A stretch of 63,394 bases of DNA, the filler included, from Anaerolineae bacterium (GTDB taxonomy: Bacteria > Chloroflexota > Anaerolineae > Epilineales > Epilineaceae): assembly GCA_029262755.1 (NCBI GenBank). It is 6 parts of 6 records of this genome, joined end to end, with 100 filler letters (N's around TTAATTAATTAA, not from the genome) between each part and the next. Parts side by side here need not be neighbours in the genome. Positions count along the whole stretch, not along the records: positions 1 to 19,016 come from JAJCYU010000228.1; positions 19,117 to 27,166 come from JAJCYU010000229.1; positions 27,267 to 41,834 come from JAJCYU010000230.1; 3 more parts are not named here. One strand, given 5' to 3'. The notes beneath the pieces were generated by a model. It was not told the DNA's origin. It saw nothing but the letters and a program-made list of their open reading frames with translations, and ran no database searches. Both the position numbers and the translations under genes were made by a program. Numbering within the stretch: position 1 is the stretch's first letter; each line of letters opens with the position of its first letter. Of the stretch, positions 18,816 through 29,656 are shown piece after piece.

Positions 18816-18867
18816 CACAGCGAGGATGAGAGGGATCCGCAAATCCCTGTCATCCTCGTGTGCTGTG
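18816..18867. terminator. Long hairpin (REP-like or bidirectional terminator) between convergent genes
   Basis: CACAGC-GAGGATGA-G-AGGGAT ccgcaa ATCCCT-G-TCATCCTC..GCTGTG. Confidence 0.55.
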
Positions 18868-18923
18868 TTGCGCGGCCATCGTGGGGCGAGGCCGCATGTT
18901 GCCGTAGTACGTAGGGGCTTTGC

Positions 18924-19016
18924 TTAGGCTCCGACTCTGCGCAGCTGGGCGCCGCCGGCGATCAACGCGAAGGCCACGGCGACCAGCACGAGCAGGTCGC
19001 GCATCAAAGTGCCCGT
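18924..19016 (-). CDS. 3' fragment of a membrane protein, possibly the last helix of the MFS gene across the gap
   Basis: Reads TGTLMRDLLVLVAVAFALIAGGAQLRRVGA* from the gap edge. Confidence 0.45.
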   Translation of the reverse strand, partial: TGTLMRDLLVLVAVAFALIAGGAQLRRVGA

Positions 19017-19116
19017 NNNNNNNNNNNNNNNNNNNNNNNNNNNNNNNNNNNNNNNNNNNNTTAATTAATTAANNNNNNNNNNNNNNNNNNNNNNNNNNNN
19101 NNNNNNNNNNNNNNNN
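19017..19116. other. Artificial contig spacer
   Basis: N44-TTAATTAATTAA-N44 (stops in all six frames). Confidence 0.98.
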
Positions 19117-20281
19117 CGAGCACGAGGCCGAAGGCGAGCCGTCCGGCCAGGCTCTGGAGCGAGAGATAGGTCGCGCGTTGGGCCGAAGGGATTCGCGGCG
19201 AGACCGCGGCGTTGAGCGGCGCCTGCACGAGGCCGCGCGAGGCCCCGCGCAGCAGGACGAGCGTGATCACGATCGGGCTCAGCCATAGGCCCATCAAGGC
19301 GATCATGGCCACCTGGATGCCCAGCGCCAGCAGCAACGTTCGGCCCGTGCCGACGGCGTCCCGCACGCGGATGCTGCGCCCCGCGATCCAGGCACCGATG
19401 GCCATCGTCACGGCCGCGTGCAGGCCCGCGGCGAGCGGCGCGGCGTTCGTCGCGGCGCCGGGCGCGAGCCACGCGGCGATCCGGTCGAGCGCGCCGAGCG
19501 CGCCGCGATCGCCGAGCAGCCCGAGGTAGGGTTGGTAGAGTTCGTAGGGGATGTGGACGATGGCGATCATCGCCACGGCGAAGGCGAACAGCCAGGCGAG
19601 GGCAGGGTCGCGTAGCTGCGCCACGGTTGCACGCAATTGTGGGAGGAAGCCGAGGGCGCTCGGTGGAGGGTCATCGCCTTCGCGCGCATCGGCTTCGCGC
19701 GCATCGGCAGGGCCGCCGAACGACGCCACCAGCGCCAGCAGACCCGCCGCGCCCGCCAACGAGAGCAGGTAGGCCAGGCGCATGTCGATGGTAGCCGCCG
19801 CGCCGCCCACGATCGCGGCCGCGGCACCGGCGGCGAACATCGCGCGTGCCGCGACGGCCTCGCGGTTCGCGTACTCGTGCTCGCGGCCCAGCGTCTGCAA
19901 GGCGTCGTAGTGGAGCGCGGTGTCGGTCCCGGAGTTGAAGCTGATGCCCGTGGCCAGCAGCACCTGCGCAAACGCGAAGGGCAGGAAGCTACTCGTTGTC
20001 GCGAACACGGTATAGGCGGCCATCAAGCTGAGCGCGGAGATCGCCAGCGTCACCCGCCGCCCCACGCGGTCTGAGAAATAGCCGGACGGCACCTCGAGAA
20101 TCACAACGGCGAAGTAGTAGACGGCCTCGAGCAGAAAGACGTGGTCCAACGACAGGTGCGCGCTGAAGTAGAGGAAGAAGACCGGCATCCAGAAGAGCGC
20201 GTTGAACAGCGCCACGTACCAGGGGTAGAGGCGGACGGTGCGCGCGATGGGGCCGGGTTTCGGGCGTGGGGTGGAGACCAT
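19117..20281 (-). CDS. MFS transporter (3' truncated by gap)
   Basis: LEVPSGYFSDRVGRR motif A, SFNSGTDTALHYD, multiple TM helices. Confidence 0.9.
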
Positions 20282-20427
20282 GTAGGGGAGTGTATCCTTC
20301 CGCGCGCTATCTAAACCACATCGGCCATCCCGATCCTTAGGGCGACGGCCGAATTGGTGAGATTGTTGACGGACGAGCCCTAAGCTGCGAAGCCCTCGCC
20401 GCGCCACCAACAGCGGAGCGCCCAGCC

Positions 20428-20913
20428 ATGTCCTTGACCCTGATTCGCACTATGTTCGAATACAACTGGTGGACCCATCGCCGCGTCTGGGACGTGGCCA
20501 TGACCGTGACCGACGCGGACTACGAGCGCGATCTCGGCTACAGCGTTGGTTCGATCGGCGCGCAACTGCGCCACGTCGTCGCCGTGGAGTACTGGTGGCT
20601 GCACTTTCTGCGCACCGGTGCGGTGCAACGTCTCGACACGAATGCGGTTATCGACCGGCAGATCCTACGCACAACCTGGGACGCCGTGGAGCACGACGGC
20701 CGCGCGTGGCTCACGTCGCTGTCGGGCGGCGACCAGGGCCCGCGCGGCCCCCCCCCGGTCGGGGACGAGGACGAGCCCGCGGTCACGGTCGCCGAAGCGC
20801 TCCTGCAAGTGGCCAATCACGGCACCGACCACCGCGCGCAAATCCTGGTCGGGCTCCACCACCTCGGCGCGGAGACGATGGGTCAAGACTTGCTGGAGTT
20901 CTTGCATCGGTGA
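20428..20913 (+). CDS. DinB family protein
   Basis: MFEYNWW..SIGAQLRHVVAVEYWW...QVANHGTDHRAQI metal-binding His triad. Confidence 0.9.
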   Translation: MSLTLIRTMFEYNWWTHRRVWDVAMTVTDADYERDLGYSVGSIGAQLRHVVAVEYWWLHFLRTGAVQRLDTNAVIDRQILRTTWDAVEHDGRAWLTSLSGGDQGPRGPPPVGDEDEPAVTVAEALLQVANHGTDHRAQILVGLHHLGAETMGQDLLEFLHR

Positions 20914-21333
20914 GAGGGCCTCCTCTTCGCGCGACATCAGTTTGGCTGGCGCGAGCTGAGGTGCGATCTAGCCTTTTGGCGGCGTAGAATGGCTGTATTC
21001 TCGGCCAGAGGCGCCCCGAGCGAGACGCCGTGTGGGAGGGGTCTGCGCGACGCTGTCCTTGGTTTTTCGTGGCCGACGGTCTGTGGCCCATCTACGGGCT
21101 GATGCAGGCAACGCCTCCAGGATGGGTCGATCCCAGGCCTCTCACATGGCGCGGTGAGGAGCTGCTCACGCGCTGTTCCATGACCATCGACGCGGTAACC
21201 GGCTTCGTATCCGAGGCGTCGTCGATGGGCTCCTCGGTGACTACGACGCCACCGCCCGGTTGGCCTTCTCCCACGAGCGCACCTCTGCCCGCATCCGCAG
21301 TTCGCACGCCTACCATCGTTGCCGATCCGTGGC

Positions 21334-24300
21334 CTAGTGGAACACACTCCGCATCGGCCGTTCCCACTCCGCCTGCAGGGTCGCGAGCGGCACCTCGAAG
21401 ATCAGCTCCCCTTCGTTTGCTACGCGTAGAACCTCGTCGTCCAGCGTTCGGCCGACGTCGACCCACGGGACGTGGGTGGCGATCTTCTGGTCGTCGCCTT
21501 CACCGACGGAGTGGTCGCCGACCGCGTGATCGCCGACCGCGTCATTCGTAACGTCGCCACGGTCGTGGACGGCCACGCTGCTCGCATCGCCATCATCGGC
21601 GATCGCACCACCCGCGCCACCCGCGCCACCCGCGCCACCCGCGCCGAACAACGCCGTGGGATCCACGTCCGCCGCCAGCTCCACGAGGAACACGCCCGCG
21701 GTCTCCGCGAAGAGGGCTTGCTCCGTGGTCTCGCCCTTCGCCGTGAGCGGCCCGAGGTCCAGGGCTACGCCGAAGTCACCGCCGATGCCCATCTCTGTTG
21801 CGCAGGCGAGTAGGCCGCCCTCGCTGATGTCGTGGCAGCTGAGGACGTGGCCGTCGCGGATCGCCGCGTGCATCCGGTCGAGCGTCAGGGGTAGCAGCGC
21901 GAGGTCGACGCGCGGGACGCGGCCGGCGCCCTCGTCCGCGCCTAGGACGTCGAGGTAGGCGGAGCCGCCGAGGCCGGCTGCGTCGCGCGCGCCGACCAGG
22001 ATCAGGCGGGAGCCGGCGGCGCGCAGGGCGCTCGACACGGTCTTGCGCACGTCCGGTATGCGGCCGAAGACCGAGACGCACAGGACGGGCGGGATGTGCA
22101 GGATGCGGCCGTCCGGGTAGCGGTAGGTGCTGGAGAGCGAGTCCTTGCCGCTGATGAAGGGGCGCTTCACCGCATGCATGACGTCCACACAGGCGTCGAC
22201 GGCCAGGCTCAGGCTCGCCAGCTGCTCGTCTTCGGGCACCGGCCAGATGAAGTTGTCGATCAAGCTGGCTTCGCGCACGTTGCCGCCGACCGCGACGAGG
22301 TTGGCCAGCGCCTCCGCGGCCGCCCACACGCTGCCCCAATAGGGATCCAGTAGGTTGAGGGCGGGGTGCAGGCCGTGGGAGATGACCAGGCCGTATGGTC
22401 GGCCGTGCAGGGGCGTCATGATCGCCGCGTCGCCGGGCGCGTCGCCCTCTTCGCCGCCGTAGGGCGGCAGGACACTGCTTCCTTGGACCGTGTGGTCATA
22501 CTGGCGAACGATCGGCTCTTTGGAGCACACGTTCGGGTGGGCCATGACCGCCGCTGCGACGGCCGCCCACGCCGCGCCTTCCGTGGGCGGCTCCGGTTCG
22601 GCTACGGCTTCGCGTGGCTGGGGCGACGTCGCCTGGAGGATGCGCTCCGGCAGGCCGTCGTGCAGGAAGTGCATCGTCAGGTCGGCGATCGTCTCGCCGT
22701 GCCACGCGACGTGTAGCCGGCCGGTCGGCTCGAAGTAGCCGATGTCGGTCGCCTCGACGTTGTACGTGGCGCACACGGTGAGCACGGCCTGCACGTCTTC
22801 CGGCGCGACGGCCAGCACCATGCGCTCCTGCGATTCGGAGAGGAAAACCTCCCACGGTGTGAGGCCGGCGTACTTGCGCGGTGCACGCTCCAGCTCGACG
22901 TAGCAGCCGATGCGCTCGGCCATCTCGCCCACGGCCGAGGAGAAGCCGCCGGCGCCGCAGTCGGTGATCGCGCGGATCAGGCCGGCGTCGCGGCAGGCGA
23001 GCACGGCGTCGAGCAGGCGCTTCTCCTCGACGGCGTTGCCGATCTGCACCGCCTGGCTGTTCACGGCCTTCGTATCGGCCGTCATCTGCACGCTGGAGAA
23101 GGTCGCGCCGTGGATGCCATCGCGGCCCGTACGGCCGCCGAGCGCGAGGATCCGGTCGCCGTCGCGCGGCTCGCCCATCGCGGCAAGCGCGGAGGGCAGC
23201 AGGCCGTAAGCGCCCACGATGACCGTGGGCTTGGCGCGAAAGTCCGGATGGAAGTGGACGGAGCCGTTGTTGGTCGGAATACCCATGCGGTTGCCGTAGT
23301 CACGCACGCCGGCCACGACCTGCCGCAACAGGTAGTCGGGCGGTAGCGCACCGGGCGGGATCTCTTCGGCCGGCAAATCGGGCGGCGCGAAGCAGAACAT
23401 GTCGGTGCTGGCCACCACCTTGGCGCCGCGGCCCGTTCCCAGGATGTCGCGGAAGACGCCGCCGGAGCCGGTCATGGCGCCGCCGTAGGGCTCGATGGCC
23501 GAAGGGCTGTTGTGGGTTTCCACCTTGCCGCACACCGCCCAGCCGTCGTAGAAATCCATGACCCCGCTGTTGTCGACGAAGGCCGATAGGATCAGGTCGT
23601 CGTATTGCTCGGAGGTGCGCTTGAGCCGGCGCATCATCGGCGCGAGCTTGCGTCCGTCCACGCGCAATTCGCGCTTGAAGGTCTTGTGGACGCAGTGCTC
23701 GCTCCACGTTTGCGCCAGGGCCTCGAGTTCCAGGTCCGTCGGCTCGCGGTCGATCTCGACGAAGTACTCCTGGATCGCGGCCATCTCGTCGTCGTCCAAG
23801 TACAGGCCTTCGGCCGAAAGGGCGCGCAGGCCGTCCGCGTCCATGGACCGGATCGCGATACGCTGGGTGGCGCCGGTCTCGCCCGCGATGCGCAGCGTAT
23901 CCGGCTCGCGCGTAACGACCTGCTCGACCGAGGGGTTGAGCAACAGGCGCGCGAGGACTTCTTCGACGGCCGCGGCGTCGATCTCGGCGCCGTCGCGTGG
24001 ATAGAAGGCGTACTCGTAGCTAGCGTCCACGGCTGCCGGGTGCACGTCCAGGTCGCCCGCTGCCTTGAGTATGGACGCGGCCTCCGGGTTCATGACGCCG
24101 GGCAGATAGGCCACCTCGACTACGCGCGCCGCGTCGGTGATGACGGGCGCGTCGAGCGTCCAGCGCTGGTCGACGGTTTCGGCCAGCAGCCGCTCGGCGA
24201 GCTGTTCCGCCTCGGCGCGCGAAACGCCCTCGAGACGGTACACGCGGGCGGTGCGCACACGGTCGATCGCGGGCAGGTCCAGCGTGCGGCGGATCTCCGC

Positions 24301-24363
24301 CAACACGTCCTCGCCGGCGGGGTCGCGCTCGGTCCTGGAAGTAACGCGGACGACGTGGATCAC
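21334..24363 (-). CDS. purL: Phosphoribosylformylglycinamidine synthase PurL with N-terminal PurS-like domains
   Basis: QTWSEHCVHKTF, KVETHNSPSAIEPYGGAMTG, GRDGIHGATFSS, DCGAGG, SESQERM, ISGKDS, HDISEGG; GTG start 24363. Confidence 0.96.
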   Translation of the reverse strand: MIHVVRVTSRTERDPAGEDVLAEIRRTLDLPAIDRVRTARVYRLEGVSRAEAEQLAERLLAETVDQRWTLDAPVITDAARVVEVAYLPGVMNPEAASILKAAGDLDVHPAAVDASYEYAFYPRDGAEIDAAAVEEVLARLLLNPSVEQVVTREPDTLRIAGETGATQRIAIRSMDADGLRALSAEGLYLDDDEMAAIQEYFVEIDREPTDLELEALAQTWSEHCVHKTFKRELRVDGRKLAPMMRRLKRTSEQYDDLILSAFVDNSGVMDFYDGWAVCGKVETHNSPSAIEPYGGAMTGSGGVFRDILGTGRGAKVVASTDMFCFAPPDLPAEEIPPGALPPDYLLRQVVAGVRDYGNRMGIPTNNGSVHFHPDFRAKPTVIVGAYGLLPSALAAMGEPRDGDRILALGGRTGRDGIHGATFSSVQMTADTKAVNSQAVQIGNAVEEKRLLDAVLACRDAGLIRAITDCGAGGFSSAVGEMAERIGCYVELERAPRKYAGLTPWEVFLSESQERMVLAVAPEDVQAVLTVCATYNVEATDIGYFEPTGRLHVAWHGETIADLTMHFLHDGLPERILQATSPQPREAVAEPEPPTEGAAWAAVAAAVMAHPNVCSKEPIVRQYDHTVQGSSVLPPYGGEEGDAPGDAAIMTPLHGRPYGLVISHGLHPALNLLDPYWGSVWAAAEALANLVAVGGNVREASLIDNFIWPVPEDEQLASLSLAVDACVDVMHAVKRPFISGKDSLSSTYRYPDGRILHIPPVLCVSVFGRIPDVRKTVSSALRAAGSRLILVGARDAAGLGGSAYLDVLGADEGAGRVPRVDLALLPLTLDRMHAAIRDGHVLSCHDISEGGLLACATEMGIGGDFGVALDLGPLTAKGETTEQALFAETAGVFLVELAADVDPTALFGAGGAGGAGGAGGAIADDGDASSVAVHDRGDVTNDAVGDHAVGDHSVGEGDDQKIATHVPWVDVGRTLDDEVLRVANEGELIFEVPLATLQAEWERPMRSVFH

Positions 24364-24571
24364 GGGGCGCTCCGACGGGATGTTGTACAACGAAAATGTG
24401 CGAAGGATTCGGCGTTTGCGGCCGCGCGGAAGGGTACCACATGGCGGCGTCGAGCGGGTGCTCCGGGCGACGACGCGGGGCGTGGTTCGGTTTTGCGTTT
24501 GCGTCGCTTCCATTTCTGCGGATACTGGCCGCAGGCCCGCGTTCTTCGGGCCGTCATGAGGAGGAATGTGC

Positions 24572-24763
24572 ATGAACCTGAGTGCCCCGAAGCAAGCTAC
24601 GTTCTACGTCGCAGCCGTTCTGTGGCTCCTAGGCCTGCTCGGCCCGTTCGTCGCGGCCATCGGTAGCCTGCCGCTCGGAATTGCCGGTCAGTCGGCCTCG
24701 TGGACGCTCGCCATCCTCGGCGGATTGGTCCTTATCATCGGCAACGCGATGGACGGCATCTAG
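24572..24763 (+). CDS. Small two-TM membrane protein
   Basis: Strong GAGGAGG RBS; MNLSAPKQATF followed by two hydrophobic helices; followed by terminator-like hairpin. Confidence 0.75.
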   Translation: MNLSAPKQATFYVAAVLWLLGLLGPFVAAIGSLPLGIAGQSASWTLAILGGLVLIIGNAMDGI

Positions 24764-24817
24764 AGACTTCCGCGCGGCTTGCCAAGCCTCGTCGCGCGCA
24801 AACGCTGCCTTCTTCCT

Positions 24818-24865
24818 GGGCCCGGCCCCACCCCGCCCGCCCCGCGGTGGCCGGGCCCTCTTTCT
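24818..24865 (+). terminator. Putative intrinsic terminator
   Basis: GGGCCCGG..CCACC / GGTGG.CCGGGCCC stem followed by TCTTTCT. Confidence 0.55.
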
Positions 24866-25098
24866 GCTACGTGAGCGTGGGGATCGTGGTGAGCGGTGGT
24901 CGCGCGAAGGCGGTCGAGAGGTTCAGATCGCTGCGCCGGTATCGCGATCGAGGTCGAGGGCCGTGGGCTGAAGGTCGATGCTTCCAGGCCGGCTCCGCCT
25001 TCGATTGCGTCCCCGTGTTCCGTATCGTTCTAGGTCCCGGATCCATGATCTGGTATTCGTTCGCCGTCGATCCGGACGGCCGCCCCCTGGACGCGCCT

Positions 25099-25731
25099 GT
25101 GACTCCCGAGGAAGTAACCGCTCTTCGCGCGGACGTATGCTTCGACGCGGAACTACGCGGTTCCAACTATCGGCTGTGCACCACGTGGGGCTTGTTCTCG
25201 CCGAAGCAGGTGGATCCCGGCACTCGCCTGCTTGTAGACCACCTTCCGGTCCAAGCCGGCGACGACTGCCTGGACCTCGGCTGCGGCTACGGGCCGGTCG
25301 GCCTCGTGATGGCGCGCAACGCGCCGGGCGGTCGCACGCTGATGGTCGACAAGGACTTCGTCGCGGTGCGCTACGCCGCGGACAACGCGGCGCGCAACAA
25401 CGTGGGCAACGCCGTGGCGGTGCTTTCCAACGGTCTGGCCGATCTGCCGGCCGACATGCGCTTCGACCTGATCGCGAGCAACCTTCCGGCCAAGGTTGGG
25501 CGCGAGTTGTTGACGCTCTTGGTCGTGGACGCGCATGCGCGCCTTCGTTCTGAGGGCCGGCTGTGCGTTGTGACGATCAACGCGCTTCGGCCGCTCATGA
25601 AGCGTCTCTTCACAGAGGTCTTCGGCAACTACGAGAAGGCCAAACAGGGCGCCACGCACACCGTCTCGATGGCCGTTCGCCCAAGCTATACTCTGCCCAC
25701 CGGCGCGCCGCAGCCTAGCACGAGCCCCTGA
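25099..25731 (+). CDS. Class I SAM methyltransferase, RsmC/MTS-like
   Basis: [40 protein letters not shown]; start uncertain. Confidence 0.85.
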   Translation: MTPEEVTALRADVCFDAELRGSNYRLCTTWGLFSPKQVDPGTRLLVDHLPVQAGDDCLDLGCGYGPVGLVMARNAPGGRTLMVDKDFVAVRYAADNAARNNVGNAVAVLSNGLADLPADMRFDLIASNLPAKVGRELLTLLVVDAHARLRSEGRLCVVTINALRPLMKRLFTEVFGNYEKAKQGATHTVSMAVRPSYTLPTGAPQPSTSP

Positions 25732-25769
25732 TCGCGGCCTGCGCCCCGAGGACCACGGAGCCCACGACC

Positions 25770-26999
25770 ATGACCATGTCCGCGACCCCTGCCCCGACCG
25801 CAAGCACCAACGGCGCGGCCAAGAGCCGCGTGCGCTTCCAGTGGGAGGACCCGTTCTTCCTCGAGGAGCAGTTGCACGACGAAGAGCGGATGATCCGCGA
25901 CATGGCGCGCGACTACGCGCAGGACAAGCTCCTGCCGCGCGTGCTGGAAGCCAACCGCAACGAGACCTTCGATATCGAGATCGTGCAGGAGATGGGCGCG
26001 CTCGGCCTGCTCGGGCCGACGCTGCCGGAGAAGTACGGCTGCGCGGGCGCCGGGTACGTGAGCTACGGTCTCGTTTCGCGCGAGATCGAGCGCGTGGACT
26101 CCGCCTATCGTTCGACGGCCAGCGTGCAGTCGAGCCTGGTGATGTGGCCGATCTACGCCTACGGAACGGAAGAGCAGCGGATGCGCTACCTACCCAAGCT
26201 CGCCAGCGGCGAGTGGATCGGCTGCTTCGGCCTCACCGAGCCCGACCACGGCTCCGATCCGGGCAGCATGATCACGCGCGCGCGCACCGTCGACGGCGGG
26301 TGGCACATCTCCGGCGCCAAGAACTGGATCACGAACTCGCCTGTGGCCGAGGTCTTCGTCGTGTGGGCCAAGACCGACGACGGCGTCATCCGCGGCTTCG
26401 TGCTCGAGAAGGGCATGGAAGGCCTGAGCGCACCCAAGATCGAGGGCAAGTTCAGCCTGCGCGCCTCGCCGACGGGCATGATCGTCATGGACGAGGTCTT
26501 CGTGACGGAGGAGCATCTGCTGCCGAACGTGGAGGGCCTCAAGGGCCCCTTCGGATGCTTGAACAACGCCCGCTACGGGATCAGCTGGGGCGCGCTCGGG
26601 GCCGCGGAGTTCTGCTGGCACGCCGCGCGCCAGTACACGCTCGACCGCCTGCAATTCGGGCGACCGCTCGCTGCCACCCAGCTCATTCAAAAGAAGCTGG
26701 CCGACATGCAGACCGAGATCTCGCTCGGCCTGCAAGCGTGCCTGCGGGCGGGCCGACTGAAGGACGAAGGCCGCTGTCCGGCGGAGCTGATCTCGCTCAT
26801 CAAGCGCAACAACTGCGGCAAGGCGCTTGCGATCGCTCGCGAGTCGCGCGACATGCACGGCGGCAACGGCATCAGCGACGAATACCACGTCATCCGGCAC
26901 GTCATGAACCTCGAGGCCGTCAACACCTACGAGGGGACGCACGATATCCATGCGTTGATCCTCGGGCGGGCGCAGACGGGCATCCAAGCGTTTATGTAG
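25770..26999 (+). CDS. gcdH: Glutaryl-CoA dehydrogenase
   Basis: [73 protein letters not shown]. Confidence 0.95.
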   Translation: MTMSATPAPTASTNGAAKSRVRFQWEDPFFLEEQLHDEERMIRDMARDYAQDKLLPRVLEANRNETFDIEIVQEMGALGLLGPTLPEKYGCAGAGYVSYGLVSREIERVDSAYRSTASVQSSLVMWPIYAYGTEEQRMRYLPKLASGEWIGCFGLTEPDHGSDPGSMITRARTVDGGWHISGAKNWITNSPVAEVFVVWAKTDDGVIRGFVLEKGMEGLSAPKIEGKFSLRASPTGMIVMDEVFVTEEHLLPNVEGLKGPFGCLNNARYGISWGALGAAEFCWHAARQYTLDRLQFGRPLAATQLIQKKLADMQTEISLGLQACLRAGRLKDEGRCPAELISLIKRNNCGKALAIARESRDMHGGNGISDEYHVIRHVMNLEAVNTYEGTHDIHALILGRAQTGIQAFM

Positions 27000-27085
27000 G
27001 GTTGGTGCACGAGAGGATGCTCGTTGGCCTAGGGTGTGGAATCTCTTGGGGTGTGCAGAGAGCGTGGATTGGCGAGGTCGGGCGA

Positions 27086-27116
27086 GGGCGGCGGGCGGCG
27101 GGCGGCGGGCGGCGGG
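27086..27116. repeat. 7-nt tandem repeat (GGCGGGC) x~4
   Basis: GGGCGGCGGGCGGCGGGCGGCGGGCGGCGGG near contig end. Confidence 0.7.
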
Positions 27117-27166
27117 TGCCTTCCGAAAATTGCCAATGTGCCCCCGCGGGGCTGGTGCATGGCGTG

Positions 27167-27266
27167 NNNNNNNNNNNNNNNNNNNNNNNNNNNNNNNNNN
27201 NNNNNNNNNNTTAATTAATTAANNNNNNNNNNNNNNNNNNNNNNNNNNNNNNNNNNNNNNNNNNNN
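27167..27266. other. Artificial contig spacer
   Basis: N-TTAATTAATTAA-N. Confidence 0.98.
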
Positions 27267-27268
27267 CG

Positions 27269-27700
27269 CTCGCGCGCCAGGCCATGCACCTCGAAGCCGA
27301 GCAGCTGCACGTTGCCGTGTGGCCGACCGTCCACGAGCGCCACCAGATCGCGAGCCGCCACTACGCCTTCGAGGGCCGCTGCTTCGTCTTGGCCGCGGGT
27401 GGCATCCTCCGTACGTCCGACCTCCCGTCCGAGCTCGAAACTACACCTGAGCTGGCCGCCGACCCTGCCGCGCTCGTCCTCTCCGGCGGCAGCGCGATCA
27501 TCGGTCCCGACGGCCACTACGTCGCGGGCCCCGTCTTCGACGAGGAGACCGTGCTCGTCGCTGACCTCGACCTGGCTTCGATCGACCGCGAGGTCATGGC
27601 CCTGGACGTCACGGGACACTACGCGCGCGACGACGTGTTTCGCTTCGGCGTGGAGCGAGGAGGACGAACGGCCGAGCACGGTCTCGGCAGTCTCGAATGA
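27269..27700 (+). CDS. Nitrilase / carbon-nitrogen hydrolase, C-terminal fragment
   Basis: LARQAMH..LHVAVWP..SRHYAFEGRCFVL..GGSAIIGPDG..LDVTGHYARDDVF. Confidence 0.88.
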   Translation, partial: LARQAMHLEAEQLHVAVWPTVHERHQIASRHYAFEGRCFVLAAGGILRTSDLPSELETTPELAADPAALVLSGGSAIIGPDGHYVAGPVFDEETVLVADLDLASIDREVMALDVTGHYARDDVFRFGVERGGRTAEHGLGSLE

Positions 27701-27790
27701 TCGATCGGTCGCGATGTACTGTCCGCGACCGATGTCTCGCGCGTTGATCCACCCGGCATCGCTCGGCCGAATCATTCCAGGGAGAACCGA

Positions 27791-29617
27791 ATGCGCCACC
27801 TACTGCTCGCGTTCATCGCGCTCGCCATCGCTGTGCCGGCGATGGCCCGCACGCCCAGCCTTGCCCTCGCCCAAGAAGGGGTACCGCGCCCAGACGCAAT
27901 GCAACAGGGCGTGAGCCCCTGCGTGATCGAGGGCCGCAAGAGCGTCGATCCCGGCGCGGTACTCGTCGGCGAGCGCGTGACCGTCACGCTGCACGCCAGG
28001 GCGACGTGCACGGGACTTGGGGTTCCGCTGCACATCGTCATGGTGTTGGACGCGTCGCTGTCCATGAGCGGCTTCTGACACCCACACGGCGGCTCGGGCA
28101 GCCGCTCCATCATGGACGATACGACGTCGGCGGCGACCCAGCTTGTGCGCCGCTTGAAGATGGGGGACAACCCGCACATTCAGGTAGGCGTTGTGGAGTT
28201 CAACGACACCGCGCGCACGCGCACGCCGCTGACCAATATCCAGTCGCGCGTGATCGGCGGCATCAACGGCATCGCGGCCAACGGTGGCACGGCCATCGAC
28301 CGCGGCATCGATCAGGGCGTGCGGGTGCTGGCTGCCGGCAGGGATAACGCGGGGGAGGGCCCGATCGAGGAATTCATGATCGTGCTCTCCGACGGTGAGA
28401 ACAACCGGGGCTGTAGCCCGGTCTCGGCGTCAGCGAACCGCGCGAAGGGGCAGGGGATCGTGCTGGCCAGCGTGTGCGTCGGCCCCGAATGCGATCACCA
28501 ATGCATGCGCCGCGTGGCCACGACACCCGCATTGTTCTACGAGGCCGAGCATTCCGACCAGTTGGACGGCGTGTTTCAGCGGATTCGGAGGGACATCGTC
28601 AAGCCCACCCAACTACGGCGACTCCGGATCGAGGAGGAGCTGGACAGCGCGGTTCGCTATGTGCCGGATTCCAGCTCGCCCGCTCCGGTGGATCGAGGCG
28701 AGGCGGACGCAACGCTCGCGTGGGAGCGGCGCAGTCCTCCCGAAGAAGGCATCACCGTTACCTACGCGGTCGAAGTGCTCGTTCCCGGTTTCCGACCCGC
28801 CAGCCTGACGAGCAGGGCGCGAATCTGGGACAGCGAGCAGCGACAAGCCGAGCACGCGCTACCCGTGCCCTTTCTCCTTGCCCTCGAGCCCCGTCACCTC
28901 GCCACGGTAACGCCCCCTCCGACGGCGACCCCCATCCCCACGCCGACCTCGCCGCCGCCGCCGACGGCCACCGTCGCGCCGACGGCCACGGCCGTGCCAT
29001 CGGCTACCCCTGTCATCGTCCGCGTGCCGATCTACTTGCCCTTCTTGGCCCACGAGGCCTGCGATCCGCTCCGCCAACGTGCCGACATCGTGCTCGTGCT
29101 CGACACCTCCAGCAGCATGGCGGGGGCCAAGCTTGAAGACGCCAAGACGGCCGCCATCGGCTTTGTGTCGCTGTTGGATCTCGAGCCCGGCCGCGACCGC
29201 GTCGCGGTCGTCCGCTTCGATGGCACGGCGCAGCTCATTCAGCGGTTGACGCGCGACCGGGAGGCGATCGAGGCAGGCCTACGCTCCGTGGGCGCACGCT
29301 CCGGCACGCACATCGACACGGGGTTGGCCTACGCGCTGGATGAACTCACCGGAGCCCGCGGCGCCTCTGCCAATGTTCCGGTCGCGGTGCTGCTCACCGA
29401 CGGCATCCACAACGGCGCTCCCGGCGCCGACCTTGAAACGGCCGAACGTGTGCGGGACGCCGACATTGCCCTGTACGTCATCGGCCTGGGCACGGACGTC
29501 GACGAGGGGGCGCTCGTAGCCATGGCGGGAGGCACCGACCGCTACGTTCACGCGCCGGACTCCAGCCACCTGGCCCGGATTTATCGGGACATGGCGCGCG
29601 ACCTGGAATGTCCGTAG
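27791..29617 (+). CDS. Secreted double-vWA protein interrupted by one in-frame TGA at 28076-28078 (pseudogene, sequence error or recoding)
   Basis: ORFs 27791-28078 and 28112-29617 share a frame; MIDAS DASLS lies just before the TGA and the rest of vWA1 after it; second vWA has DTSSS. Confidence 0.8.
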
Positions 29618-29656
29618 GCCCCCCTGTTTCAGAGTAGATGCTGCTTTCGAGAACCC

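Noticed and set aside
20940..21333. Possible gene remnant with a Pro/Thr-rich stretch between dinB and purL
   Set aside because: No RBS or recognisable domain, and the ORF runs antisense into purL; insufficient support.
24364..24570. Purine or ZTP riboswitch upstream of purL
   Set aside because: No recognisable aptamer consensus; the short region looks like a divergent promoter.
25770..26999. Horizontal acquisition of gcdH
   Set aside because: The protein is highly conserved across bacteria and there are no mobility signatures; cannot be supported without a phylogeny.
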